In this document: positions 8,501 to 16,683 of the stretch, in pieces
Position numbering within the stretch: the first letter of the stretch is position 1
Layout of the letters: each line of letters begins with the position of its first letter
Source of the DNA: an uncultured Candidatus Sumerlaeota bacterium
GTDB taxonomy: Bacteria > CAYMEV01
Reading direction: 5' to 3'
DNA: 64,000 nt
Assembly: GCA_964389675.1 (NCBI GenBank)
Contig: CAYMEV010000007.1
Span: 1 to 64,000 of the forward strand
Program-made: the position numbers and the translations under genes
Notes under the pieces: model-generated
The model's database searches: none
Seen by the model: the letters and a program-made list of their open reading frames with translations, nothing else
Told to the model about the DNA's origin: nothing

Positions 8501-10172
8501 CAAGATAGCTTCCTGATGCCCAGCCATAAGTATAACCATCAAGATTTGCAATATAGAATTTATACCATCCTCCGCTCTCTTCCACGACTGCAAATCTCTG
8601 CCCGCTAGTAACTGTCGTTATTATGGCATAGGAAGTACTTGGCCCTGATCGCACATTAAGAGTTCCCTTCCAATCCATTACCCTTATAATTGCTGTGCTC
8701 TGAGAACCTTCCAGATAACCGTTATCTGTTGCAGTTCCGCCATAGGAATAACCGTAGGAGACACCTGTACCACTTGGTATATGGATACGGTACCATCCAT
8801 CTTCATAATAATCGCTAACATATTCCTCACCAGGATATATTTCTGTAATGATCCCATATGACCCGCCTGGCCCGGACCTGACATTCAGAAAGCCGTCTCC
8901 TGTCGGTTTGACCTTTACTACGAATGGATCTCCTGAAGTTCCGCCACTTTCCAGAAGCATAGCCATCCATGTATCCCACGGGAGGTTGCCGGGACAGTCT
9001 GTTGAGCATCCCGGCATCTCTTTATGCCCTCTTATGCCGGGTAATGCCCTTTCTTTTGGAATTAAGTGAAGATCAGCAAAATACCTGGCCATATCTGTCG
9101 ATGCTGTAAGCATTGGAACGCTGTACCAGAGGTCGGGGTTTGCTGCTGTTGCTTCATGTTCAACACCAATGGAACGTCTGTTATTGTCAGGGTAACCGCT
9201 GGCTCCGCAATGCCATGCTGAATATTCAACTAGAACGCACTGCGAGATCTCCCCATCTGAGGCCCTTATAACAAAATGAGCGCTTGAATTAGTATTATCC
9301 GGGTGCTGAAACCATGATATAGCCCCTGCATAGGTTCCGACCCCGACCCAGTGATTGACCCATGTGTCTATATCCACGCCGTATCTGGAAGAATAATTAG
9401 GGCTGGCAGTTGATGAGTCATATATAGCTGGAGGATAGTCAGATGATTTTTGAGGGTTCCGGTCATATTCACATTCTAAATCAAGCTTCCGGTAATAAGG
9501 CATTATTATGATCTCTTCTTCCCAGTTTGTTCTGCTTGTTACGCCTTTTTCCAGTATTTCGTAATAGCGCAATGCCTGTTCAGTACTCAGTGTATCATTA
9601 ATCAGGCCGCTGAATTTCTTTAACGGCTCAAGCCAGTTCTCAATGATCAGCCTGTTTATTGACATCTCGTCAGCATATTCTGAAAGCAGTGCTGCAGCAC
9701 CTCTTATGTTCTGCCTTGCATCATCCTTCAGTACACTGGCGGGCAGTTTTAATAATTCTGATGCCCGGGCAAGCGTATTGCAGTAGTCATTTTCCACAAG
9801 GTGCATGATCCCCCAGCCTCTATCAATCGATGGGCCTATTTGTGTCCAGTTGTTTTCCACCTGTCCAATTGCCCTTAAAAGCTCTACAGGCACTCCAAAC
9901 TCACTTGAAGCTGACTCAAAATATTTTTCTAATGTTGCCACTGATGGATGAGGGCTGTTTAGATATTTGTGCCAGGAATAATAATCCTCATCACGAAAAA
10001 TTTTATCGTCCGTATTCTCAATGACTGTCTCAAGAATATAAGAAAGGTCTTTTTTTAGAAAAACATCGCCTTCTTCTGAGATAATTCTAAAAACGCCGCC
10101 CGCATCTGAGGAAATGCTGAATAGAACTAAAATGCCTAAAAAGAGACAAGGAAAAAATTTTGATCTGAACAT
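5595..10172 (-). CDS. secreted multidomain peptidoglycan hydrolase: lysozyme/SLT-like + Amidase_2 + 2x SH3b + Ig-like + split FN3 containing SpoIID/LytB + FG-GAP-like propeller
   Basis: Signal peptide; FGVPVELLRAIGQVE..GWGIMHL..QNIRGAA; SAHFVI..AWHCG..SIGVEHE..GH..TDCPG; LNVRSGP x2; EYLKGVVPKE..ALRAQAMAARCY..GHGVGMAQWG; GDISDNG, DDITGDG and GDITAGG repeats. Confidence 0.85.
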   Translation of the reverse strand: MFRSKFFPCLFLGILVLFSISSDAGGVFRIISEEGDVFLKKDLSYILETVIENTDDKIFRDEDYYSWHKYLNSPHPSVATLEKYFESASSEFGVPVELLRAIGQVENNWTQIGPSIDRGWGIMHLVENDYCNTLARASELLKLPASVLKDDARQNIRGAAALLSEYADEMSINRLIIENWLEPLKKFSGLINDTLSTEQALRYYEILEKGVTSRTNWEEEIIIMPYYRKLDLECEYDRNPQKSSDYPPAIYDSSTASPNYSSRYGVDIDTWVNHWVGVGTYAGAISWFQHPDNTNSSAHFVIRASDGEISQCVLVEYSAWHCGASGYPDNNRRSIGVEHEATAANPDLWYSVPMLTASTDMARYFADLHLIPKERALPGIRGHKEMPGCSTDCPGNLPWDTWMAMLLESGGTSGDPFVVKVKPTGDGFLNVRSGPGGSYGIITEIYPGEEYVSDYYEDGWYRIHIPSGTGVSYGYSYGGTATDNGYLEGSQSTAIIRVMDWKGTLNVRSGPSTSYAIITTVTSGQRFAVVEESGGWYKFYIANLDGYTYGWASGSYLEYTAGGNRDGFAAEMSYITYPSTMESGATGTVAINILNTGSNSFSSSTILATTNPRMRNSLFYHSSWISEAEVMQAVKNCLPGQVTQYSFTVQAPVTENTVQYTEYFNLYQDGYAWFSDQGGPEDSQIYFAITVTGNPAYNPPLNLTGEIVNQNDVQLNWSPPGSKVLHNTSCSRPGKPLEIKGRTLCMAEDAGVWGAEIYGEPDEKLLGYTDSRGYFSVEIDSINTTGLKLYKDGYIAMTRKFYTQSQKHEFQTINMAPANPTEEQMRKIMKKYPLSSNSILDNEHIAKITQLPATRRVLMTDGSVVVMEMDEYLKGVVPKEVYTSWDQQALRAQAMAARCYAAITSKHNDVGADVCTTTCCQAWGPDHYASTDEAVEATSGHSLKYGGNIIQSVFFSHSNGYTKNNEDVWGGDPIAYLRSVPSPCGYDYYYGHGVGMAQWGSKNMADMGYTWQQIVCHYYTDIAVDYPVSSPTGYKVYRNGSLIATISSPGTLGYLDQDLADGQYSYTVTAVYDQEESDPSNAVIMNIESAVFYSVSLYADGSVTLSGAGDYEEGDIVYISAGIPEGYIFSEWSGPAEDTALLNDPYSSETYFIMPSRNVEFTALIQEDTSNYISAALSLEDASLSGIWQWTYSSSRSSDISEKGSSWVQILADIPASKIMAGDISDNGNLELVALLPGYGLWYYDLSALQWINIAGNTTGITEFTLAETAAGGPLQIIASMQENGIFKWVFNGSWSSISSMPADIMVSADINRDIDALDDLIIVFSGYSGLYLYDFATSTFSSILNISPSQVAADDITGDGYTEMVCVFGGFGIYLVRYLPSKNNNEGILESSKCFDLINDIPENFKWVPRGGEAKGYQFNRLTLGTPDTGHYVSSGDITAGGGAEVIFTYQNRTYYYSYDAKGWNTLVIASLKRIISGKFTGGASDDLIACETSTGSIYLRKSSTGAWELLAANADTNAGTAIQ

Positions 10173-10328
10173 ATAATCACTCCTAAAGATTTATATAAAA
10201 ATAGTATTTATGCTTTTCGGGCAATGATAAAATAAATTGGAAAATCTTCTGTAAGCATGAATCAAGCAGTAATTCCCCCAGTATGCCCTGATATTGATTA
10301 AGCCTTTTTAAGCTTATTATCATATTAT

Positions 10329-10357
10329 ATTATAGCATAAAAATTCATAAATATCAA
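10329..10357 (-). promoter_or_regulatory. sigma-70 promoter with extended -10 for the autolysin gene
   Basis: Minus strand TTGATA-17 bp-(TGC)TATAAT. Confidence 0.5.
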
Positions 10358-10440
10358 GGTCTGGCTGAGATTTAGTAAAATATGACATTAAGCCGGCTTA
10401 TTTTAATCCGGAAAAAAGGGAAGCCCGCTTCAGGATTAGT

Positions 10441-11799
10441 TCATACCTGCAGGCGATTGCTTCTAATGCCCTTTATTGTTGTTTTTAAGAATAAATAACT
10501 GATTGTGCCTACCAATATATTTGCTATAAGCGCTGCATAAAATACGCCATATATATCAAATATTATGGACCCTGCCCAGGCAAGGGGAACATAGATTACC
10601 AGCATTCTCAGGATCGAGAATACCGCAGAAGGATAGGGCCTGTTCATTCCATTGAAGCTTGCTGTGCTCAGGACCACAAGCCCCTGGAACCCATAGCTTG
10701 CACCTACTATATAGAAATACTTCTTCGCTGTGTCAACAACAAGCCGGTTATTGCTGAAAATGCCGGCAATTACATCTCCTGCCAGCAGAAATGCTATAAA
10801 CAGGAAAATGCCCCATATCATTGAGAAACGGAAAGCATAGTGCAAGGTCTTTAGAATTCGGTAAAATTTGTTCCTGCTTATATTCTGGCCTATATAGATT
10901 ATCATAACGGTACCAAGTGATGCAATAACCATCATAGCAAACATCTCAACTTTGGAAGCAACACCGAAAGCTGCAACGACCTCCTCGCCAAAACCTGATA
11001 CTATTCTGGTGATAATACCCAGCGATATCGGCGTAATCAGCAGGGCTAGCGAAGCAGGCCCTGCAATGTACAGAACATCCTTCCAGGTTGACAGTATATC
11101 CCCTAAACTGCCTAATCTCGCAGTGATAAGCCTTTCTCTCCTGATAAGGACAAATAAAATAAAAATAAGGCCGGTGCTCCTTGCTATTACAGTGCCTGCT
11201 GCGGCTCCTTTTATCCCCAGTTCCGGAAAAGGGCCCAGGCCGAAAATAAGTACGGGGTCAAGGATAATATTAACAGTTGCGCTTAATGCCATAAGAATTC
11301 CAGGGAACAGGGTATCTCCCGTTGCTCTTACTATATTGTTGCCTATGACCGGGATAACTACGAAAGGAACCCCGATATACCATATGCTCATATAGTCCAG
11401 GACATATTTCAGTATCAGATTCTCTGCTCCAAGAGCTGTAAATATAAATCGCATGGTCATCAGCCCTATTGATACAAAAACTATCACAATAATAATGCCA
11501 AGTAATATGGACCTGCTTGCCATCTTCCTTACATCTTCCCTGTTTTTTATGATTATATTTCTTGAAATAAGAGAGCTTGTCCCTATGCCAATGCTTCGTG
11601 AAAGACTGTTGATAAACATAACTACAGGGAATGTAAAACTGATTGCTGCAAGCTGCTGGACACCGAGTTTTCCGACGAAGTATGTATCAACTAGATTAAA
11701 TATAATCATGCCGAGCATCCCAAACAACATAGGCCATGTAAGGCTTATAAGCTGTTTCTGGATATTTCCCTCGGTGAGGTTTCTGGCTTTAGATCTCAT
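10441..11799 (-). CDS. MATE family efflux transporter
   Basis: LTEGNI, NLVDTYFVGKLG, RATGDT, NIILDPVLIFG, GIKGAA; about 12 TM segments. Confidence 0.93.
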   Translation of the reverse strand: MRSKARNLTEGNIQKQLISLTWPMLFGMLGMIIFNLVDTYFVGKLGVQQLAAISFTFPVVMFINSLSRSIGIGTSSLISRNIIIKNREDVRKMASRSILLGIIIVIVFVSIGLMTMRFIFTALGAENLILKYVLDYMSIWYIGVPFVVIPVIGNNIVRATGDTLFPGILMALSATVNIILDPVLIFGLGPFPELGIKGAAAGTVIARSTGLIFILFVLIRRERLITARLGSLGDILSTWKDVLYIAGPASLALLITPISLGIITRIVSGFGEEVVAAFGVASKVEMFAMMVIASLGTVMIIYIGQNISRNKFYRILKTLHYAFRFSMIWGIFLFIAFLLAGDVIAGIFSNNRLVVDTAKKYFYIVGASYGFQGLVVLSTASFNGMNRPYPSAVFSILRMLVIYVPLAWAGSIIFDIYGVFYAALIANILVGTISYLFLKTTIKGIRSNRLQV

Positions 11800-11836
11800 T
11801 TTATATTATCAAAAGCAGTAATCGCTGGTTTATGGC

Positions 11837-14227
11837 CTATCCGTTCTCTGACTGCTTCAGGTACTTATCAAACCATTCTACCATTTCTGCAAGTACATGC
11901 TTTACGGATTCTTTTGCATAATATCCGTGTTCTTCATATGGGAGGATTACCATACGTGCAATTCCGCCTGTGCCCTTTACAGCCTGGAACATCCTTTCTG
12001 TCTGGACAAGGTGGGTGCCCGGGTTTGAGTCCTTTTCCCCGTGTATGAAAAGAATGGGCTTTTTTATACTGTCAGCATACATAAAGGGTGATATTTTGAC
12101 ATAAAAATCCAGTGCTTCCCACAAAGACCTTCTTTCACCCTGAAAGCCGAAAGGGGTAAGTGTCCTGTTATAGGCACCGCTTCTTGCAACACCAGCTGAA
12201 CATATATCGCTGTTGCCAAGGACCGTTGCAACCATGAATGCCCCATAGCTGTGCCCCGTAATTCCAACCCTGTCAGGGTCAATTATGCCCTTACTGTCAA
12301 GATAATTTACGGCAGCCTCGACACTGGCGACCGTCTGCTCAATGAATGTATCGTTTACCGTATCAGGATCCCCCACTATAGGTATAGCTGCTCCGTCAAG
12401 CACTGCATACCCATGCAGCGTCATATAGAGAGTTGATGCGCCCCAGAAGTATATGAACCTGTTGGGGGATGCACTGACCTGTTCAGCAACGGATGAATCA
12501 GTATATTCTCTTGGATATGCATTTATGATAAGGGGGACTCTTTCACCATCTTTATAGTCCAGGGGATAGTAAAGGGTACCAGATAAATTTACACCATCTT
12601 TCCGTTCATAGCTGACAAGCTCCTTTTTCAGGTTTGTTATCTGCGGGTATGGATTCTCATGGAAGGTTACCTGCCTTGCCCTGTCTTTACCAAGATCAAC
12701 AATAAAGTAATTTGTAGGTATATCAGGCTTTTCGCTGCTTATAAATATCCGGCTGAAATCCTTGCCATAGAAACCTAATACAAGCTGAAATGAATCCTTT
12801 TTGCTCCGGTATAGAATATCCATCTCCCCTTTTGAGATATTGTATCTGGCAATATAGGGAAGATTACCTTCAGGGGTTGCTCCTCGAGAGTTATTAAAAT
12901 ATAAGGCATCGTTTCTGTGTACAAATACATTCTCATTTCTTGGGGTCTTAATGCTTATAAGCTCCCCTGGATGGTTATATCTGTCAAATACACTCATATC
13001 GAAAAGTATCCTGGATGAATTCCTGCCTATATCATAAAGTGTAGATACTGTCCATACCCGGTCCCGGTCGAATTCCTTAATGATGCATATGTCTTTTTGT
13101 TCAGACCATTCTATTCCTGAAAAGCGATGCACTGTCTTTGCAATCTCCTGCGGGGATTGATCAAAAGGTGCATTAAGCCTTATGATCCTGTCCCTGTAGT
13201 CTGCTTTGTTTTCCGGATTGCCCCCGTCCAGTGCTTCCGCCCAGTACAACATTGCATCATGGTGCGGTTGCCAGGATATATGCCTGGGTCCTTCCGGTAC
13301 ACCACCCTGCGGAAGATTGTCCATCAGCGGCTGCTTGTGTACCGTAAATACCAGTTTGCCATCTGCATCCCATACTTCATAGCTCTTTGGAAAGTAGTAA
13401 TATGGGAAAATATATGAATATGGCTTTTCAATTCTGGTTACAAGCAGGTATTTGCTGTCAGGGGATACAGAAATACTGCTGTAGATCCCTGGTTTGCCGA
13501 TTTTCCTGATGTTCCTGCTTTCAGTATTGTATAAAACTGCCTGTGCCTGGAAGTAAAAACCGAAGAGACTGATATCATGAGAATTGCTCAGAAGGTTCTG
13601 GTATGTGACTATAAGCCCTGTTTCGCCATATGACTCATCAGTTATAGGCGATGAGGGGATTTTGGGGGCTTCAGGGGCCTTCCCGCGATTATCCGGGACT
13701 GTTGCTATCATCAGGTTATGGTTATCAATCCAGTTGAACCCATCATTGCCGAATGCATCGTTAATGTAAAGGCCAGGAACCTGAAAATGGGATTCTTTTC
13801 TGATGTCAATCACATATAAAACGATTCCTTTTTCTGTCTCGACTGATAATGCACATTTTGTATTATCAGGAGAAAACCTGTATGTCCTGAAACCCTCCTC
13901 AAGGTCAATGCCTGGGATATAGCGCTTATTTGATTCATAATCAACCACTGCAAATAAGTTATATGTCCTTCTCCTGAGTGCCCCGTTTAAACGTGAAGAA
14001 AACCGTATTCCTGCCAGGCCCAGATAAGGCTCAGCGATCCTGGAAAGGGGGGGAAGAGGGTCATAGCCGAACTCTACTGAAATTGTATCAAAGCTTAAAA
14101 AATCCACTGCAGGCGGAAGCCTTTTATCAAGGATATCAAGGATTTCCTTTGGCGGGTCCTTATATTGAGCCTGAAGCAATACTGCTGAAAAAGAAATAAA
14201 CATTAAAAAAATAAATAATTTATTCAT
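11837..14227 (-). CDS. secreted S9 family (prolyl oligopeptidase-like/glutamyl endopeptidase-like) serine peptidase
   Basis: Signal peptide; GHSYGAFM nucleophile, ARSGAYNRTLTPFGFQ, HGEKDSN, YEEHGY triad. Confidence 0.92.
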   Translation of the reverse strand: MNKLFIFLMFISFSAVLLQAQYKDPPKEILDILDKRLPPAVDFLSFDTISVEFGYDPLPPLSRIAEPYLGLAGIRFSSRLNGALRRRTYNLFAVVDYESNKRYIPGIDLEEGFRTYRFSPDNTKCALSVETEKGIVLYVIDIRKESHFQVPGLYINDAFGNDGFNWIDNHNLMIATVPDNRGKAPEAPKIPSSPITDESYGETGLIVTYQNLLSNSHDISLFGFYFQAQAVLYNTESRNIRKIGKPGIYSSISVSPDSKYLLVTRIEKPYSYIFPYYYFPKSYEVWDADGKLVFTVHKQPLMDNLPQGGVPEGPRHISWQPHHDAMLYWAEALDGGNPENKADYRDRIIRLNAPFDQSPQEIAKTVHRFSGIEWSEQKDICIIKEFDRDRVWTVSTLYDIGRNSSRILFDMSVFDRYNHPGELISIKTPRNENVFVHRNDALYFNNSRGATPEGNLPYIARYNISKGEMDILYRSKKDSFQLVLGFYGKDFSRIFISSEKPDIPTNYFIVDLGKDRARQVTFHENPYPQITNLKKELVSYERKDGVNLSGTLYYPLDYKDGERVPLIINAYPREYTDSSVAEQVSASPNRFIYFWGASTLYMTLHGYAVLDGAAIPIVGDPDTVNDTFIEQTVASVEAAVNYLDSKGIIDPDRVGITGHSYGAFMVATVLGNSDICSAGVARSGAYNRTLTPFGFQGERRSLWEALDFYVKISPFMYADSIKKPILFIHGEKDSNPGTHLVQTERMFQAVKGTGGIARMVILPYEEHGYYAKESVKHVLAEMVEWFDKYLKQSENG

Positions 14228-14371
14228 CCTGATTTAACCCTCCTGATCTTAAAGGATTTACGGATATTTTGCCCTGGTGTTTCAAATCAGTTTTATTCTT
14301 TTGATTGAAATTCATGGCAATGCGGTATTCTCCTGATATCCTTTTTTAGTAATTTTTTGAGACATGCAGTA

Positions 14372-14400
14372 TTGATTTCCTGATATAATATTGATATAAT
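14372..14400 (+). promoter_or_regulatory. sigma-70 promoter with extended -10
   Basis: TTGATT-17 bp-(TGA)TATAAT; SD AGGAGG downstream. Confidence 0.6.
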
Positions 14401-14438
14401 AATGAAAGTAATTCAATTAAAAAAGGAGGAAGTCTGAT

Positions 14439-15155
14439 ATGAAAAGAATATTATGTTTAGTCTCCATTATTTTGCTGGCTGCAGTTTTTATGCAGATACC
14501 AGTATATCCGGGGGAGAATGCCTGTGATGCTATCGAATGGATATCTGAGATGAAGGGTATCAAATTAAGCTCCACCGAGCAGAAAGCGGACAAGTGTGAG
14601 AGGATCTATCTGATTGAAGATAATATTGATGATGTTTTCAGATCCGTGAAAAAGGGCTTTATCAGCAGGGGATGGGAGATTATTGAAGATGCTGACGTCG
14701 ATGTCCCGGGTATCCAGTCAAGCATGTTCAAGGCAGTTTATGAAGGCATGGAGGTTGAAGCAGCAACCCAGCAGTCAGGAAAGGACACAAAACTTGCTGT
14801 GGAACTGAAGGGGAGCATGACACAAAGCAAGGGAAGCAAGGAGGAGGGGGATGCCGGCTTTTCATCTGTTACAGAAGAGCTTCCTGTCCCAAAAGGTGCT
14901 TCGCTAATATCAAGTACTGAAGATGACGAGGATTATGTCCTTACATACAGCTATGCCGGTGATATGAGCAAAGCAATCTCATGGATCAGCTCTGAGCTTA
15001 AAAAACAGGGCTGGGAAGTTGATGATGACAGCATTGGGGATACGATATATGCTCTTGGGGCAACAATAGAGGCAAAAAAAGGCAGATATGAGCTTGATAT
15101 AAGCTTCTCTCAGACAGCATCAAGCGGAACAATCGTATATACCCTGAGCGAATAG
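14439..15155 (+). CDS. secreted hypothetical protein with two similar domains
   Basis: Strong SD, signal peptide; repeated helix-GWE(I/V)-beta pattern. Confidence 0.75.
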   Translation: MKRILCLVSIILLAAVFMQIPVYPGENACDAIEWISEMKGIKLSSTEQKADKCERIYLIEDNIDDVFRSVKKGFISRGWEIIEDADVDVPGIQSSMFKAVYEGMEVEAATQQSGKDTKLAVELKGSMTQSKGSKEEGDAGFSSVTEELPVPKGASLISSTEDDEDYVLTYSYAGDMSKAISWISSELKKQGWEVDDDSIGDTIYALGATIEAKKGRYELDISFSQTASSGTIVYTLSE

Positions 15156-15222
15156 ATACTGTCTGACAACCACTATTTCAACCAGCCAGAAGCATTAGAA
15201 AGATACTATTTCCGGAGAAGTC

Positions 15223-15936
15223 CTACAGCTTTTCAAAGAGAAAAGCCGTTGCAGAACCAAAGATGTAATCGGCCATGCGGATAATTCTGCAGCCATTATT
15301 GCTGGCTGCCTCTATCAACCGGGTTTGCGGGGCATGATCCCTTATGCTTTTGTAAAGATATCGATAAGGGCTCTTATCACCGAATGGTTCTGCAGCAAAA
15401 GGAGCTAAAAATCCCAGCCACAGGCGCTGTATTAACCAGATAAACCTGTTTTTGGCGGGCCATGCATCCAGGGTCAGGAATCTGCCTCCTCTTTTGAGAA
15501 TCCTGATCATCTCAGACAAAGCTAAATCCAGATCGCTATAATTACGCAGTGTATAAAATGTTATCAGTGTATCAAAGCTTTCATCCATAAATGGAAGACA
15601 AAGAACATTTCCCCTTAAGGGGTTCATCAGGTTTCTCCGGCCTGCTGATATCATTTTTGAAGATATATCAATCTCTGTGATATCGGGATTTTGATATCTC
15701 TTTTTCAAAAGGACAGTTGTCATGCCTGTTCCACAGCCGATATCCAGTGTCCTGCCACGGCAGTCAATCATTTCAATGGATTTTTCCCTCCATCTTGATG
15801 TCTGTCCCAGTGAAATGATCAGGTTATTCCTGTCATAACTGCCTGATATGCTGTCAAACAAACCCCTTATAATGCGCATATCACGCTTTATTTGCTTTCT
15901 TTCCCCTATAATGTGGCTTTTAATAAGCATAGGCAT
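15223..15936 (-). CDS. UbiE/MenG-like SAM-dependent methyltransferase (start uncertain)
   Basis: LFDSISGSYDRNN, LDIGCGTG, LPFMDESFD, LRNY, EMIRILKRGG, YRYLYKSI. Confidence 0.85.
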   Translation of the reverse strand: MPMLIKSHIIGERKQIKRDMRIIRGLFDSISGSYDRNNLIISLGQTSRWREKSIEMIDCRGRTLDIGCGTGMTTVLLKKRYQNPDITEIDISSKMISAGRRNLMNPLRGNVLCLPFMDESFDTLITFYTLRNYSDLDLALSEMIRILKRGGRFLTLDAWPAKNRFIWLIQRLWLGFLAPFAAEPFGDKSPYRYLYKSIRDHAPQTRLIEAASNNGCRIIRMADYIFGSATAFLFEKL

Positions 15937-16082
15937 AGATGATACAGTATGTTAATATAAAATATTTCTAAATTTCTTTCTTTAACAATAAAACCATTTT
16001 TAATCAAACTTTTTATTAAAAAATTATAGGCACTTTTCTGCACTGCATATGTCTAAGCTATAAAAAACAGGAGGTAAATTAA

Positions 16083-16595
16083 ATGAAACTAAATCGTATT
16101 CTTTCAGCACTCATTGTTCTTTGTATTGCATTCTCCGGAAGTCTTTTATACGCAGAAGCCCATGAGGAGGGGGTCAAGGAAGATGTCAGCGAGGAGGTGG
16201 TTATAGTCGACTATGATTCTTTGCTGGAGATGAAGGATAAATTAGGGCTGAATGAAGATCAGGTCAAAAAGATTACCGATCTTAGAATGAAGGATAAGGA
16301 AAATTTCCATAAGCTCATGTCGAAGAAGGAGAAAGTTATTCAGCAGTTAGAGGCTGAAAAAAAGAAGGAAAAGATTGACAAAACACAAGTTGAGAGGCTT
16401 GACACTGAATTAAGGGATATTGACGGCATGATAAAAAGGCAGAAAGTCGGTAAAATTGCTGATCTGCAGGATATTCTTACCAGGGAGCAGATGGAAAAAT
16501 TCGAAAAAACCTGTGCAAAGCCTGTTAAAGCAAAAACCATAAATAAAAATGAGGATAAACCCCGCAGGATTGAAACAGAAAAGAAGGATAGATAA
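16083..16595 (+). CDS. Spy/CpxP-like periplasmic helical protein
   Basis: Signal peptide; LGLNEDQ and ILTREQ (LTxxQ-type) motifs; coiled-coil; SD GGAGG. Confidence 0.75.
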   Translation: MKLNRILSALIVLCIAFSGSLLYAEAHEEGVKEDVSEEVVIVDYDSLLEMKDKLGLNEDQVKKITDLRMKDKENFHKLMSKKEKVIQQLEAEKKKEKIDKTQVERLDTELRDIDGMIKRQKVGKIADLQDILTREQMEKFEKTCAKPVKAKTINKNEDKPRRIETEKKDR

Positions 16596-16610
16596 TCCTC
16601 CTTATAAAAT

Positions 16611-16630
16611 TGAGGAGCCAGGGCTCCTCA
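16611..16630. terminator. hairpin between convergent genes
   Basis: TGAGGAGCC-AG-GGCTCCTCA perfect inverted repeat. Confidence 0.6.
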
Positions 16631-16683
16631 TGACCCCTTTCACCGGCTGAGAGGCAATGCCTTAAGCCTTAAAACCGTGGATA

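Noticed and set aside
11800..11815. Leaderless start for the MATE gene (GATAAT-5 nt-ATG)
   Set aside because: No -35 box, and the gene lies 37 bp behind the co-oriented peptidase gene, so read-through is equally plausible
16028..16042. Second sigma-54 site (AGGCACTTTTCTGCA) before the Spy-like gene
   Set aside because: GG-to-GC spacing is one base short of the strict -24/-12 requirement
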